A DNA stretch of 20,730 nucleotides from Desulfurella sp. (GCA_031960885.1 JAVRLY010000016.1:2360-23089), one strand, 5' to 3'; shown: positions 1 to 10,048, counted from the first letter of the stretch. Notes: generated by a model from the letters alone, not told the origin. Numbers and translations are program-made.

Positions 1-260
1 AAACGGCACAAGAGATGCTCTTTGGAGCAAAAAAACTGTTTAATTCAGATATTGTAGTATGTGATACAGGCATTGCAGGACCAACTGGAGCAACGCTTGA
101 AAAAAGCGTTGGACTACACTATATTGGCATTATGTTTAAAGATAAAATAGATATTTACAAAGAAATATATCAAGCAGATAGAAATAACACAAGACTATAC
201 ATTTCTCAATATGCTTTGAATTTAATAAGAATGTCAATTTTGAATTTATCACAAATTTAA
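1..260 (+). CDS. cinA: CinA/PncC family protein (nicotinamide-nucleotide amidohydrolase domain), 5'-truncated by the window edge
   Basis: The frame is open from the window edge (TAQEMLFGA...). It carries the C-terminal CinA motifs 'A.EM..GA', 'TGIAGP.G' and 'DR...R'. Stop TAA at 258-260. Confidence 0.85.
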   Translation, partial: TAQEMLFGAKKLFNSDIVVCDTGIAGPTGATLEKSVGLHYIGIMFKDKIDIYKEIYQADRNNTRLYISQYALNLIRMSILNLSQI

Positions 261-274
261 GTTGGGGGTTGTTA

Positions 275-826
275 ATGGATATGTTAATGGATTATAACAA
301 CAACGATAACCCAAATGAAGAAACTATGAATATAAACAAATCAAATAACCCATTTAAACACTGGTGGTTTGCGATTTGGCGCTTTCTAGATTTTAAAAGT
401 CGCTCATCAAGAAAGGAATTTTGGTTGTTTTATTTGGGCAACTTAATCATTTTTACAGTATTGATTGTTTTGTTGACGCTTGTAATGTATTGGCTAAATA
501 CTTCATATCAAACACTAACTCAAATATACTTTTTATTTGGCATCATTTGGAGGATTGTAATGTTGCTTCCTGGTATTGCTTTAACAACCAGGAGATTTCA
601 TGATACAAATAGAAGCGTGTGGTATACAGTTTTATTCTACGCATGCAATTTCTTTTTGGGACTATTGTCGTCTATAAATGAGCACGCCTTTGAAAGTGGC
701 AATTTAGCTTTGATAATAGCTATAATAATTTGTTTAATAGTAGATATTTGGCTTTTTGTAATATTAGGTTTTTTAAAAGGCACTCAAGATACAAACAAAT
801 ATGGAAAAAACACAATATTGTTATGA
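275..826 (+). CDS. DUF805 (YhaH/YhaI-like) inner membrane protein
   Basis: Motifs 'DFKSRSSRKEFW', 'RRFHDTNRS.W' and C-terminal 'KGTQDTNKYG', with 3-4 hydrophobic segments. ATG 275 was chosen because GGGGG (264-268) precedes it; the ORF track starts at TTG 269. Confidence 0.85.
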   Translation: MDMLMDYNNNDNPNEETMNINKSNNPFKHWWFAIWRFLDFKSRSSRKEFWLFYLGNLIIFTVLIVLLTLVMYWLNTSYQTLTQIYFLFGIIWRIVMLLPGIALTTRRFHDTNRSVWYTVLFYACNFFLGLLSSINEHAFESGNLALIIAIIICLIVDIWLFVILGFLKGTQDTNKYGKNTILL

Positions 827-1669
827 AATATTGTTTTGCTGCTTAGCAAAGTCTACTGTGTTTGTTATCAACATGGCAATTGTCATAGGACCTACGCCAC
901 CTGGCACAGGTGTTATATAGCTTGCCTTTTTTGATACATTTTCAAAATCCACATCGCCAACGATTTTGTCATTGAGTTTTGTAATACCCACATCTATGAC
1001 CACTGCATCTTCTTTTACCATATCTTCAGTGATTAAATGAGGCTGTCCTGTAGCGCTTATAATAATGTCTGCGGTTTTTGTTTTTTCTTTAAGGTTTTTG
1101 GTATATATATGACAAATCTGGACTGTAGCGTTCGCATTTAATAGCATATAAGACATAGGTTTGCCTGTAATATTGCCTGTTCCTACAACGCATATATCTT
1201 TGCCTTTTAACTCTATATTGTACTCTTCAAACAATTTCATAATTCCATATGGCGTACAAGGGTACACTGAAGGGTTGCCACGCAACAATCTTCCTAAATT
1301 GTACGGATGAAAACCATCTACATCTTTTTTGGGGTCAATTGCTTCAATTACGCGTTCTTCGTTTATTTTGGAAGGTAGAGGCAATTGAACTAAAATAGCG
1401 TTTACTAAAGGATTTTTATTGAGCATATCTATAACATATAGCAAATCTTTTTCATTTACCTCTTCTGGCATTCTGTGATTTATTGAATAAATGCCCACTT
1501 CTTCACACGCTTTTGTTTTCATATTTACATATACTTGGCTTGCTGGATTATTTCCAACCAATATGACAGCAAGTCCAGGTATAATACCTTTTGACTTTAA
1601 TTCTTCTATCTGGTTTTTTGCTTGCGTTTTTATTTTGTTTGCAAGCGCTTTTCCGTCTAATACAATCAT
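821..1669 (-). CDS. folD: Bifunctional methylenetetrahydrofolate dehydrogenase/cyclohydrolase
   Basis: Motifs 'LDGKALA', 'YV..K.K', 'ILVQLPLP', 'KDVDGFHP.N', 'PCTP.GI' and 'ITPVPGGVGPMT'; 282 aa. Confidence 0.97.
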   Translation of the reverse strand: MIVLDGKALANKIKTQAKNQIEELKSKGIIPGLAVILVGNNPASQVYVNMKTKACEEVGIYSINHRMPEEVNEKDLLYVIDMLNKNPLVNAILVQLPLPSKINEERVIEAIDPKKDVDGFHPYNLGRLLRGNPSVYPCTPYGIMKLFEEYNIELKGKDICVVGTGNITGKPMSYMLLNANATVQICHIYTKNLKEKTKTADIIISATGQPHLITEDMVKEDAVVIDVGITKLNDKIVGDVDFENVSKKASYITPVPGGVGPMTIAMLITNTVDFAKQQNNIS

Positions 1670-1679
1670 TATTAAACCC

Positions 1680-2555
1680 TTAAATTGCTTTTTCTATTTG
1701 AGTTATGAGTTTTCCATTTTTAAAAACACTGACATCGCCCGTTGATTCTGATACAACTATGCTCATGGCATTTGATACGCTGGTAATAGCAGCTGCTGCC
1801 ATGTGTCTTGAACCCAATCCTTTGGGCAAGTCTGTAGTATCAGCAGATGCTGCTATGTGTACGCCTGCTGATTCCAATGTGCCATCTCCGCTAATTAAAA
1901 AAGCTCCATCTAATACACTGTATTCTTTTATTGTATCGTCTAAATTGGCTTGCATAATATTTCTTTCTTTAGGATCGTAGCCTTTAAATGGGTTAAAAAT
2001 CATCTGTTTTATGTATGGTTTTAAATTTTCAATATCGCCCAAAACAAACAAAGCCCCTACAGATTTTCCTTCTCTTCCTTGATTGGCAAGCTCTAAGGCT
2101 ATGCGTAGTATTTTTTCAAATACCTCTGGTCTTATGCTTTCACCAAAATCTATGTTTTCTCTAAAAAGCAGCAATTCTTTTTCTTTTTCAATTTCCAAAT
2201 AAATCATGCTATCTATATTATTTATGCCCGTTAATGCAATCAAACGTGAATTTTTGGAAAGAAGATTGACTGCAAGAGCCATCACGATTGCTACTTTTAG
2301 TTTGTTTGTTCTCGTAAAATTTATATTTGGTACGGTAATGTTGGGTATATTTTTCAAATTCTTAAGTTCTTCATTGTTTTCATCTTCAATTTCTGAGCGC
2401 TTAAAAACAATTATTTTTTTTATATCCTTTGTAAAGAATTCATCTATGCTAAATTTCTTTATATCGCTGTAGTACACAAGTAAATTGATATCTCTGTCTG
2501 ATTCTATTATGTTTAGTGCGCTATTTAGAATTTGTTCGCTTATCGTCATTGCCAT
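1680..2555 (-). CDS. dacZ: Diadenylate cyclase (DAC/DisA_N domain), DacZ/CdaZ-like, with a soluble N-terminal regulatory domain
   Basis: 'A.ELA.QGREGK.VGALFVLGD', catalytic 'LDGAF' (DGA at 1902-1910), 'GLGSRHMAA' and 'VVSESTG.V'. No transmembrane segments and no HhH domain. The start may be ATG 2549, which is better spaced from AAGGA. Confidence 0.85.
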   Translation of the reverse strand: MAMTISEQILNSALNIIESDRDINLLVYYSDIKKFSIDEFFTKDIKKIIVFKRSEIEDENNEELKNLKNIPNITVPNINFTRTNKLKVAIVMALAVNLLSKNSRLIALTGINNIDSMIYLEIEKEKELLLFRENIDFGESIRPEVFEKILRIALELANQGREGKSVGALFVLGDIENLKPYIKQMIFNPFKGYDPKERNIMQANLDDTIKEYSVLDGAFLISGDGTLESAGVHIAASADTTDLPKGLGSRHMAAAAITSVSNAMSIVVSESTGDVSVFKNGKLITQIEKAI

Positions 2556-2712
2556 CTTCCTTACTATGCTCCTCTTGTTTTAAATTTTGCTGGATTGAGC
2601 TTTTTGAAAAAGCAACATCTAATGTAAAATCCGGACAATACCTTGCTTCAATTATTTCTTTTTTTGCGCAAAACTCTCTCCAAGCACAAATAAGACAGCT
2701 TTTATTTTCCAT
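2521..2712 (-). CDS. Small hypothetical four-cysteine protein (CxxC-x5-C-x10-C), putative Zn or Fe-S binding
   Basis: The 63-aa ORF fills the leuA-dacZ gap on the operon strand. AGGT lies about 8 nt before the ATG. The N-terminus reads CLICAWREFCAKK...YCPDF. Confidence 0.75.
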   Translation of the reverse strand: MENKSCLICAWREFCAKKEIIEARYCPDFTLDVAFSKSSIQQNLKQEEHSKEDGNDDKRTNSK

Positions 2713-2729
2713 TTTTATTACCTACAATA

Positions 2730-2762
2730 AGATTTTGCAAAGACATGAGCTTTGCAAAATCT
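2730..2762 (-). terminator. Perfect 13-bp inverted repeat at the leuA stop (possible weak terminator or mRNA-stabilising stem)
   Basis: AGATTTTGCAAAG (2730-2742), 7-nt loop, CTTTGCAAAATCT (2750-2762). Only a weak U-tract (TATTGT) follows on the minus strand. Confidence 0.5.
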
Positions 2763-4278
2763 ACATATACATAAGGGCTTTATTAATAGCATCTAAATAG
2801 GCTTTTGCGCTTGCTTCTATAACATCTGTAGCAACGCCTCTACCCAGTATATTTTTATCAATATCGGCAAAGTACACTTTTACAGAAGCTTCACCCAAGG
2901 CTTCTCTGCTTTCTGTAATTGATTTGATTTCGTAAAATTTTAATTGACCTTTAACGGATGTTATTCTTTCAAGCGCTTTATACACTGCATCAACTGGTCC
3001 ATCACCTAATGCAGCATCTTCAAAAATTTCACCATTTTTTGAAAGTTTTACGGTAGCAGTTGGCGTTATATTTGTGCCTGAGCTCACTTGCAAACTAACG
3101 ATTTCATATACAGATGGACTAAATTTAATTTTTTCTTCAACAAGAGCGTGTAAGTCTTCATCGTAAACCTCTTTTTTCTTATCGGCGAGAACTTTAAATT
3201 TCTCGAATATATCTTCTATTTGTTCTTTTGTCAATTGATAGCCTAGTTCAATGAGTCTTTTTTCCAAACCGTGTTTGCCAGAATGTTTGCCAAGCACAAG
3301 CGAACTCGAGTCAATACCTACATCTTCTGGTTTCATTATTTCATATGTGCTTTTTTCCTTAATTACACCATCTTGATGTATGCCGGCTTCATGTGCAAAA
3401 GCGTTTTTGCCAACTATAGCTTTGTTGCGCTGTATATCAATACCTGTTAGTTTGCTTACAAGCCTGCTTGAGCGATAAATTTCTTTTGTATTGATGTTTG
3501 TTGAAACTTTGAATATGTCGTTTCTTACTTTAATTGCCATAACAATTTCTTCTAAAGATGCGTTGCCTGCGCGCTCACCAATACCATTTATGGTGCATTC
3601 TACTTGGTCAGCTCCAGCTAGTACAGCAGATAGTGAATTTGCTACTGCTAAACCTAAATCATTGTGACAATGCACAGATATTTGTGCTTTGTCTATATTT
3701 GGTACTTTGTTTTTTATATATTTTATAAGCTCTGCATACTCATATGGCGTTGTATAACCTACTGTATCTGGTAAATTAACAATACTTGCACCTGCATTTA
3801 TAACACTTTCTACTACTTTGCACAAATAATCCCAATCTGAACGTGTGGCATCTTCTGCTGAAAATTCTACTTCTTCGCATCCATTTCTTGCATATTTTAC
3901 AGCATCCACTGCTGCTTCAAGCACTGCATCATAGCTCATCTTGAGCTTTTTTTCTACATGTATTGGGCTTGTTGCAATAAAAGTATGAAGTCTTTTGTGC
4001 TGCGCTGGTTTAATAGCTTCAAGGCCTTTTTCAATGTCTGGTTTTACTGCTCGAGCAAGCGAAGCTATGGTAGAATTCTTCACTATTTTTGCTACAGTAT
4101 TAATTGCTTCAAAATCTCCTGGACTAGCAGCTGCAAAACCAGCTTCTATTACATCAACACCTAATTTTTCAAGTTGTTTCGCTATTGCGATTTTTTCCTC
4201 AATATTTAAACTTGCACCTGGTGATTGCTCACCATCCCTTAATGTTGTGTCAAATATTTTTACTATCTTGGAGCTCAT
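2761..4278 (-). CDS. leuA: 2-isopropylmalate synthase
   Basis: '[10 protein letters not shown]', 'HCHNDLG', 'GIGERAGNA', 'HEAGIHQDG' and the C-terminal regulatory domain 'GDGPVDA'; 505 aa. Confidence 0.96.
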   Translation of the reverse strand: MSSKIVKIFDTTLRDGEQSPGASLNIEEKIAIAKQLEKLGVDVIEAGFAAASPGDFEAINTVAKIVKNSTIASLARAVKPDIEKGLEAIKPAQHKRLHTFIATSPIHVEKKLKMSYDAVLEAAVDAVKYARNGCEEVEFSAEDATRSDWDYLCKVVESVINAGASIVNLPDTVGYTTPYEYAELIKYIKNKVPNIDKAQISVHCHNDLGLAVANSLSAVLAGADQVECTINGIGERAGNASLEEIVMAIKVRNDIFKVSTNINTKEIYRSSRLVSKLTGIDIQRNKAIVGKNAFAHEAGIHQDGVIKEKSTYEIMKPEDVGIDSSSLVLGKHSGKHGLEKRLIELGYQLTKEQIEDIFEKFKVLADKKKEVYDEDLHALVEEKIKFSPSVYEIVSLQVSSGTNITPTATVKLSKNGEIFEDAALGDGPVDAVYKALERITSVKGQLKFYEIKSITESREALGEASVKVYFADIDKNILGRGVATDVIEASAKAYLDAINKALMYM

Positions 4279-4987
4279 GGCTTACCCTCCTTTTTTGAAA
4301 TAATTTTATCACTAGTTCTATTGGCCCTGATAATGCATATACTATGCCAATAAGCGGGACAAATATATATGGTTTGTAAATGATAAGTGAAATAACAAGT
4401 AAGATTAATGCAAAAACCCTTATAGAAATTTTGCCTTCTAATTTAAATTTTTTAAAACTTCGATATTTAATCGTGCTAACCATTAGAAAAGATATTATAT
4501 ATACACTAACAAGAAATACAATCTTATAATCTTTGTAATCAATATTAAAATGCAAAATAGAAAGTATAATACTTGCTATTATAATTGCACCACCTGGTAT
4601 AGGCAAACCCACAAAATCAATTGTTTTTGTTGTAAGTACATTGAAGCGAGCAAGTCTAAGTGCACCTGTTAGCAAAAACAGCGATGCTGCAATAACACCT
4701 ATGCGACCCATATCGCTTAAAGCAAATGTATACATTAAAAAAGCTGGTGCAACGCCAAAACTTACAAGGTCAGATAATGAGTCATACTCTACTCCAAATT
4801 TACTTTCGCAATGCGTTAGTCTTGCAATTTTGCCATCTAGGTTATCAAATAATACTGCTAGCACCAAAAGCCACGCAGCTGTTAAATAATCGGCTTGGTA
4901 TGATTCTATTATACTATAAAAGCCAGACAACATATTGGCTGTTGTAAAAAGGTTTGGTAAAATATATAGAGCATTTTTTTGTTTCAT
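4250..4987 (-). CDS. pssA: CDP-diacylglycerol--serine O-phosphatidyltransferase (membrane-bound, CDP-alcohol phosphotransferase class)
   Basis: 'LPNLFT' and the motif 'DNLDGKIAR....[18 protein letters not shown]', plus 'ALRLARFN' and 'F.GLP.P'. Adjacent to psd. Confidence 0.95.
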   Translation of the reverse strand: MKQKNALYILPNLFTTANMLSGFYSIIESYQADYLTAAWLLVLAVLFDNLDGKIARLTHCESKFGVEYDSLSDLVSFGVAPAFLMYTFALSDMGRIGVIAASLFLLTGALRLARFNVLTTKTIDFVGLPIPGGAIIIASIILSILHFNIDYKDYKIVFLVSVYIISFLMVSTIKYRSFKKFKLEGKISIRVFALILLVISLIIYKPYIFVPLIGIVYALSGPIELVIKLFQKRRVSHELQDSKNI

Positions 4988-5616
4988 AGATAACCTAGTA
5001 AATCGCCACCTTTTACTTTTTGATGTAAATGAATAGCTAAATTCAATTCTTTTTCGCAGTAAATATCTACCCTTGAACCAAAACGGATAAGACCTATAAT
5101 GTCACCCGCTCCAAATTTATCACGTGGCTTTGTGTATGTTACAATTCTTCTTGCAATTATGCCAGCTATTTGCACAACAACAATCCTTTGCCCTAATTCA
5201 TTTTCTAATAGCAATGCACATTGTTCATTTTCAAGAGAAGCTTTTGGTTTGTTTGCACTAATAAATAACCCTTTATTGTATATCTTATCAATGCAAACTC
5301 CACTAAATGGCGCAACATTTATGTGTACATTAAGCACAGACATGAAAATACTAATTTTATTGACCTCAGTTTTAAAGAAAAATCGCTCATATGATTTTGA
5401 TATATCTACAATAGTGCCATCAGCAGGAGACAATACCATATTGTCTTCATATATAATTTGCCTTTTTGGGTTTCTAAAAAAATATGCACTAAATAAACTG
5501 GCGCCTGCTAGCGTAGTTTTAAGAAATTTTTTTTTGGTTAACAATGAAGCAAGTGCAAAAGAAGCTATAAATGGATAGCCTTCTTTTGCGATAGGGTCTT
5601 TTTTCGTTGTTTTCAT
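4984..5616 (-). CDS. psd: Phosphatidylserine decarboxylase proenzyme (short type)
   Basis: 'FFRNP.R', 'SPADG', 'IFMS..NVH.N..P', 'QIAG..ARRI' and the self-cleavage motif 'RFGSRVD'. ATGA overlap with pssA. Confidence 0.95.
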   Translation of the reverse strand: MKTTKKDPIAKEGYPFIASFALASLLTKKKFLKTTLAGASLFSAYFFRNPKRQIIYEDNMVLSPADGTIVDISKSYERFFFKTEVNKISIFMSVLNVHINVAPFSGVCIDKIYNKGLFISANKPKASLENEQCALLLENELGQRIVVVQIAGIIARRIVTYTKPRDKFGAGDIIGLIRFGSRVDIYCEKELNLAIHLHQKVKGGDLLGYL

Positions 5617-5618
5617 AT

Positions 5619-6656
<1,038 letters not shown>

Positions 6657-7142
6657 TTATTGTTTTGATTCCCTTGCCATTGCAACTTTTCCGGTTCTTG
6701 CAAGCTCTTTTATACCTAGCGGTTCAAGTAAGTTGAGAATTGCATTGATTTTCTCAGAGCTGCCAGTTACTTCTATCGTATATGAATTTTGTGATACATC
6801 AACAATTTTTCCTCTAAAAATATCGACTATGCGCAAAATTTCGGCCCTAGTTGAAGAATCTGTATGCATTTTTATTAGAGCCATTTCTCTTTCTACATAT
6901 GGTAACTCATTGTCGTATTCTATTACTTTTATTGTATCTATGAGCTTATTTAGCTGTTTTCCGATTTGTTCTAAAATATTGAAGTCACCTTCTGTAACAA
7001 TTGTCATCCTTGAGAGATTGAGTTCGTTAATGGGAGCTACATTTAGGCTTTCTATATTGTAACCCCTTGCGCTAAATAGATTGGATATACGCGACAATAC
7101 ACCCGTTTCATTTTCTACTATAACTGAAAATATCCTTTTCAT
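6657..7142 (-). CDS. ilvN: Acetolactate synthase small (regulatory, ACT-domain) subunit
   Basis: 'VENETGVLSRIS.LFS.RGYNIESL.V', 'EQI.KQLNKL', 'ERE.ALIK' and 'ELARTG'; lies between ilvB and ilvC. Confidence 0.95.
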   Translation of the reverse strand: MKRIFSVIVENETGVLSRISNLFSARGYNIESLNVAPINELNLSRMTIVTEGDFNILEQIGKQLNKLIDTIKVIEYDNELPYVEREMALIKMHTDSSTRAEILRIVDIFRGKIVDVSQNSYTIEVTGSSEKINAILNLLEPLGIKELARTGKVAMARESKQ

Positions 7143-7150
7143 TTTTCCCC

Positions 7151-8845
7151 CTAAGTTAAAATCATATCACTAAGCGGAGCCCCACCTGGAACCATAGGAT
7201 AAACGTTTTCTTCTCTTTCTATTTTTATATCAAGCAAATATGGACCTTTGTAGTTTATCATTTCAATTAGCGCTTGTTCAACATCTTTTTTATCTTCTAC
7301 CCTCTTTGCTGCTATACCATAGCTTTCTGATAATTTTACAAAATCTGGCTGAACTTCAATGTTAGTATTGGCATATCGTCTACCATAAAACAACTGCTGC
7401 CACTGTCTTACCATGCCCAAGTAAGAATTGTTTAGAATAATAACTTTTGTTTGCAATTTGTATGTTGCAAGAACCGCCAGTTCCTGTTCATTCATTTGAA
7501 ACGATCCATCGCCAGCTATAACAAAAACCTGCTTGTCTTGATTTGCAAAATTTGCACCGATTCCAGCTGGAAAACCAAAACCCATTGTGCCAAGACCGCC
7601 TGAGGTTAAAAACCTTCTTGGCTTGTTAAAATTACAAAATTGAGCTGCCCACATTTGGTGTTGGCCAACTTCTGTTGATATTATTGGGTCTGTGTCTTTT
7701 GTTAGCTTGTTTAACAATTGCAAAACATACTGAGGTTTAATAACTTTATCTGAATCGTCATATGACAAAGGGTGTTCACTATCCCATTTTTTTATCAAAT
7801 CTAGCCATTTTTCTCTGTTTTGGTTAATTTCATTATTATCTTTAAGAACTGATAAAAGTTCTTTTAATACGAGTTTGGAGTCGCCAACAATTGGATAATC
7901 AACGCGTATATTTTTACTAATGCTTGTAGGGTCAATATCTATATGTATAATTTTAGCATTTGGTGCAAACTCAGATACTTTGCCAGTGATCCTATCATCA
8001 AATCTTGCACCTATAGAGATTAGCAAATCACAGTATTGTATAGCCATATTGGCTTTATAAGTGCCATGCATCCCAGCCATCCCAAGACTCAGTGAATGGT
8101 CTGTGGGAAACCCTCCAATACCCATAAGTGTTGTAAAAACCGGTATTTGAAGTTTTTCTGCAAGATCTAAAACTTCTTTGTGTGCATTTGAGGTTATTAC
8201 GCCACCACCAATATATAAAAGTGGCCTTTCCGCTGATTCTATTACTTTAGTGACTTTTTTAATTTGTTTTGGGTTGCCGTGGTATGTTGGGTTATAGCTT
8301 CTTAAATGTATGGCATCTGGATACTCGAACTCACATGAGGCTGTTTGAACATCTTTTGGTATATCAACCAAGACTGGGCCAGGCCTACCTGTTTTTGCAA
8401 TATAGAAAGCCTTTTTTATAGTATAAGCTAAATCTTTTACATCCTTTACTAAAAAATTATGTTTAGTACAAGATCTTGTTATACCGACGATATCAACTTC
8501 TTGAAAAGCGTCATTGCCAATCAAATGCGTTGGCACTTGTCCAGTAAAAACAACAAGAGGAATAGAATCCATGTAAGCTGTAGCAATACCAGTTACTGCA
8601 TTTGTTGCGCCTGGCCCACTTGTAACTAAACTAACGCCAACTTTACCAGTGCTTCTTGCATAACCATCGGCCATGTGCACAGCGCCTTGTTCGTGCCTTG
8701 TTAGTATAAATTCTACGTCTTTTTGTTTGTAGATAGCATCGTGCAAATCAATAATCGCGCCACCTGGTATGCCAAATATATGTTTGACACCTTCTTTCTT
8801 GAGGCATTCTATGAAGATTTCTGCACCTTTTAACTTTTCACTCAT
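7151..8845 (-). CDS. ilvB: Acetolactate synthase large subunit (biosynthetic)
   Basis: 'FGIPGGA', '[14 protein letters not shown]', 'TSGPGATN', 'GQHQMW' and the TPP motif 'GDGSFQMN...[10 protein letters not shown]'. SD AAGGGGGA upstream. Confidence 0.97.
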   Translation of the reverse strand: MSEKLKGAEIFIECLKKEGVKHIFGIPGGAIIDLHDAIYKQKDVEFILTRHEQGAVHMADGYARSTGKVGVSLVTSGPGATNAVTGIATAYMDSIPLVVFTGQVPTHLIGNDAFQEVDIVGITRSCTKHNFLVKDVKDLAYTIKKAFYIAKTGRPGPVLVDIPKDVQTASCEFEYPDAIHLRSYNPTYHGNPKQIKKVTKVIESAERPLLYIGGGVITSNAHKEVLDLAEKLQIPVFTTLMGIGGFPTDHSLSLGMAGMHGTYKANMAIQYCDLLISIGARFDDRITGKVSEFAPNAKIIHIDIDPTSISKNIRVDYPIVGDSKLVLKELLSVLKDNNEINQNREKWLDLIKKWDSEHPLSYDDSDKVIKPQYVLQLLNKLTKDTDPIISTEVGQHQMWAAQFCNFNKPRRFLTSGGLGTMGFGFPAGIGANFANQDKQVFVIAGDGSFQMNEQELAVLATYKLQTKVIILNNSYLGMVRQWQQLFYGRRYANTNIEVQPDFVKLSESYGIAAKRVEDKKDVEQALIEMINYKGPYLLDIKIEREENVYPMVPGGAPLSDMILT

Positions 8846-8873
8846 ATTTCCCCCTTGTATAAGTTAAACATTG

Positions 8874-8901
8874 ATTATACAAAAAACTGCAAAAATTGCA
8901 A
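8874..8901 (-). promoter_or_regulatory. Putative sigma70 promoter for the ilvB operon
   Basis: Minus strand TTGCAA (8901-8896), 16-nt spacer, TATAAT (8879-8874), ending 28 nt upstream of the ilvB ATG. Confidence 0.55.
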
Positions 8902-8981
8902 ATAATTTGTACAACATAAATACGATTTATTAAAATATGATATTAAAAAATATTTTTTATACATTTGAAGTTTGATAAGAC

Positions 8982-9009
8982 TTGACAAAAATTAAAATTA
9001 GAATATCTT
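8982..9009 (+). promoter_or_regulatory. Putative sigma70 promoter for hrcA-grpE-dnaK-dnaJ
   Basis: TTGACA (8982-8987), 16-nt spacer, TATCTT (9004-9009), directly upstream of the CIRCE. Confidence 0.65.
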
Positions 9010-9011
9010 TA

Positions 9012-9038
9012 TTAGCAGGTTTAGGCGGTGAGTGCTAA
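9012..9038 (+). promoter_or_regulatory. CIRCE element (HrcA operator)
   Basis: TTAGCAggt-N9-GAGTGCTAA compared with the consensus TTAGCACTC-N9-GAGTGCTAA. The right arm is perfect, the left arm matches 6/9, and the spacer is exactly 9 nt. It sits immediately at the hrcA start. Confidence 0.9.
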
Positions 9039-10045
9039 TGAAGACAGAGTTAGACGAAAGATACTTAACTGTGTTAAGGGTTGTAGTTGAAAATTTTATA
9101 ACATATAAAGAGCCATTTGGTTCTAGAATTTTAATAAAAAGGTATAATTTGCCTTTTTCTGCTGCGACAATGAGAAACATAATGTCCGATTTAGAAGAAA
9201 TGGGTTACCTTAAGCACTCTTATGTATCAAGCGGTAAAATACCAACCGAGCTTGGCTATAAAGTTTATGTTCAGTATTTATTGGAAAACAAAAAGAAGAC
9301 AAATAATCTCAAACTAAAACAACTTTATAGTAATATTAACTTAAATACAATTGAAGATTTTGTGGCTGATATCTCTAATATTTTGTCCAATTCTTGCGGT
9401 TTGGTATCTATGGTTAGTGTGCCTAATATATTTAAACTCAAATTGAAAGATATGAATTTGATTAAAATTGATTCAAATAAATTATTGTGTGTTGTTATAG
9501 CTGAGCCGTCCGTTGTAGAAACGAAAATAATAGAAGTTGCAAAATATTATTCTCAAAGCGAGCTTAATGATATATCTCAATTTCTGCAAGAGAATTATAA
9601 AGGTTGGGAATTAGAAAAAATTCAAGAAGATTTAAAAAAATCTCTATCGCGCAGCAAGAATGAGTGTGATTTAATCTTTAGTAAGCTAAAGGAAAAAAGC
9701 AAGGATTTGTATTTTTCTGGAGTCCAAAATCTTATAAAAGAAAAAGAATTTTATGAAGATTATGAACAGTTAAATAAGATACTTGATATTATTGAAAAAA
9801 GAAAATATGTCTCAGAGATTGTCGATTTGATAATAAAAAACGATGAAAAGATACTCATTGGTAACGATATACCAAATGAAAAACTAAAAAAAATGAGCAT
9901 TGTTGCCCAACCGTACTATTTAGGAGATGTTAAATTAGGATTCGTAGGTGTTTTTGGTCCTATGAATCTTGATTATGAAAATGTTATTTATACACTGGAT
10001 TTTTTAAGTAAAAAAATAGAGAAATTACTTAAACAAGGGGGATAA
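9038..10045 (+). CDS. hrcA: Heat-inducible transcription repressor HrcA
   Basis: N-terminal winged HTH 'EPFGS..L.....SAATMRN.MSDLEEMGYL...SSGKIPTE.GY' and C-terminal 'G.VGVFGP..LDY'. First gene before grpE-dnaK-dnaJ. ATG 9038 follows the SD-like AGGCGGTGA. Confidence 0.93.
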   Translation: MKTELDERYLTVLRVVVENFITYKEPFGSRILIKRYNLPFSAATMRNIMSDLEEMGYLKHSYVSSGKIPTELGYKVYVQYLLENKKKTNNLKLKQLYSNINLNTIEDFVADISNILSNSCGLVSMVSVPNIFKLKLKDMNLIKIDSNKLLCVVIAEPSVVETKIIEVAKYYSQSELNDISQFLQENYKGWELEKIQEDLKKSLSRSKNECDLIFSKLKEKSKDLYFSGVQNLIKEKEFYEDYEQLNKILDIIEKRKYVSEIVDLIIKNDEKILIGNDIPNEKLKKMSIVAQPYYLGDVKLGFVGVFGPMNLDYENVIYTLDFLSKKIEKLLKQGG

Positions 10046-10048
10046 AGA

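Noticed and set aside
2516..2800. 94-aa plus-strand ORF covering the leuA-dacZ gap
   Set aside because: It opposes the operon direction and overlaps both flanking genes. The minus-strand four-Cys ORF with an SD explains the gap better.
5099..5578. 159-aa plus-strand ORF
   Set aside because: It is fully antisense to psd, with no recognisable motifs; a shadow ORF.
8944..8959. 16-bp palindrome TAAAAAATATTTTTTA in the divergent promoter region
   Set aside because: It is pure A/T low-complexity sequence, expected by chance at this composition. At most it is an UP-element-like tract.
8846..9037. Possible riboswitch, sRNA, or HrcA control of the divergent ilv operon
   Set aside because: The region is very AT-rich with no stable GC stems. 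The CIRCE is about 110 bp from the predicted ilvB -35 and sits on the hrcA side.
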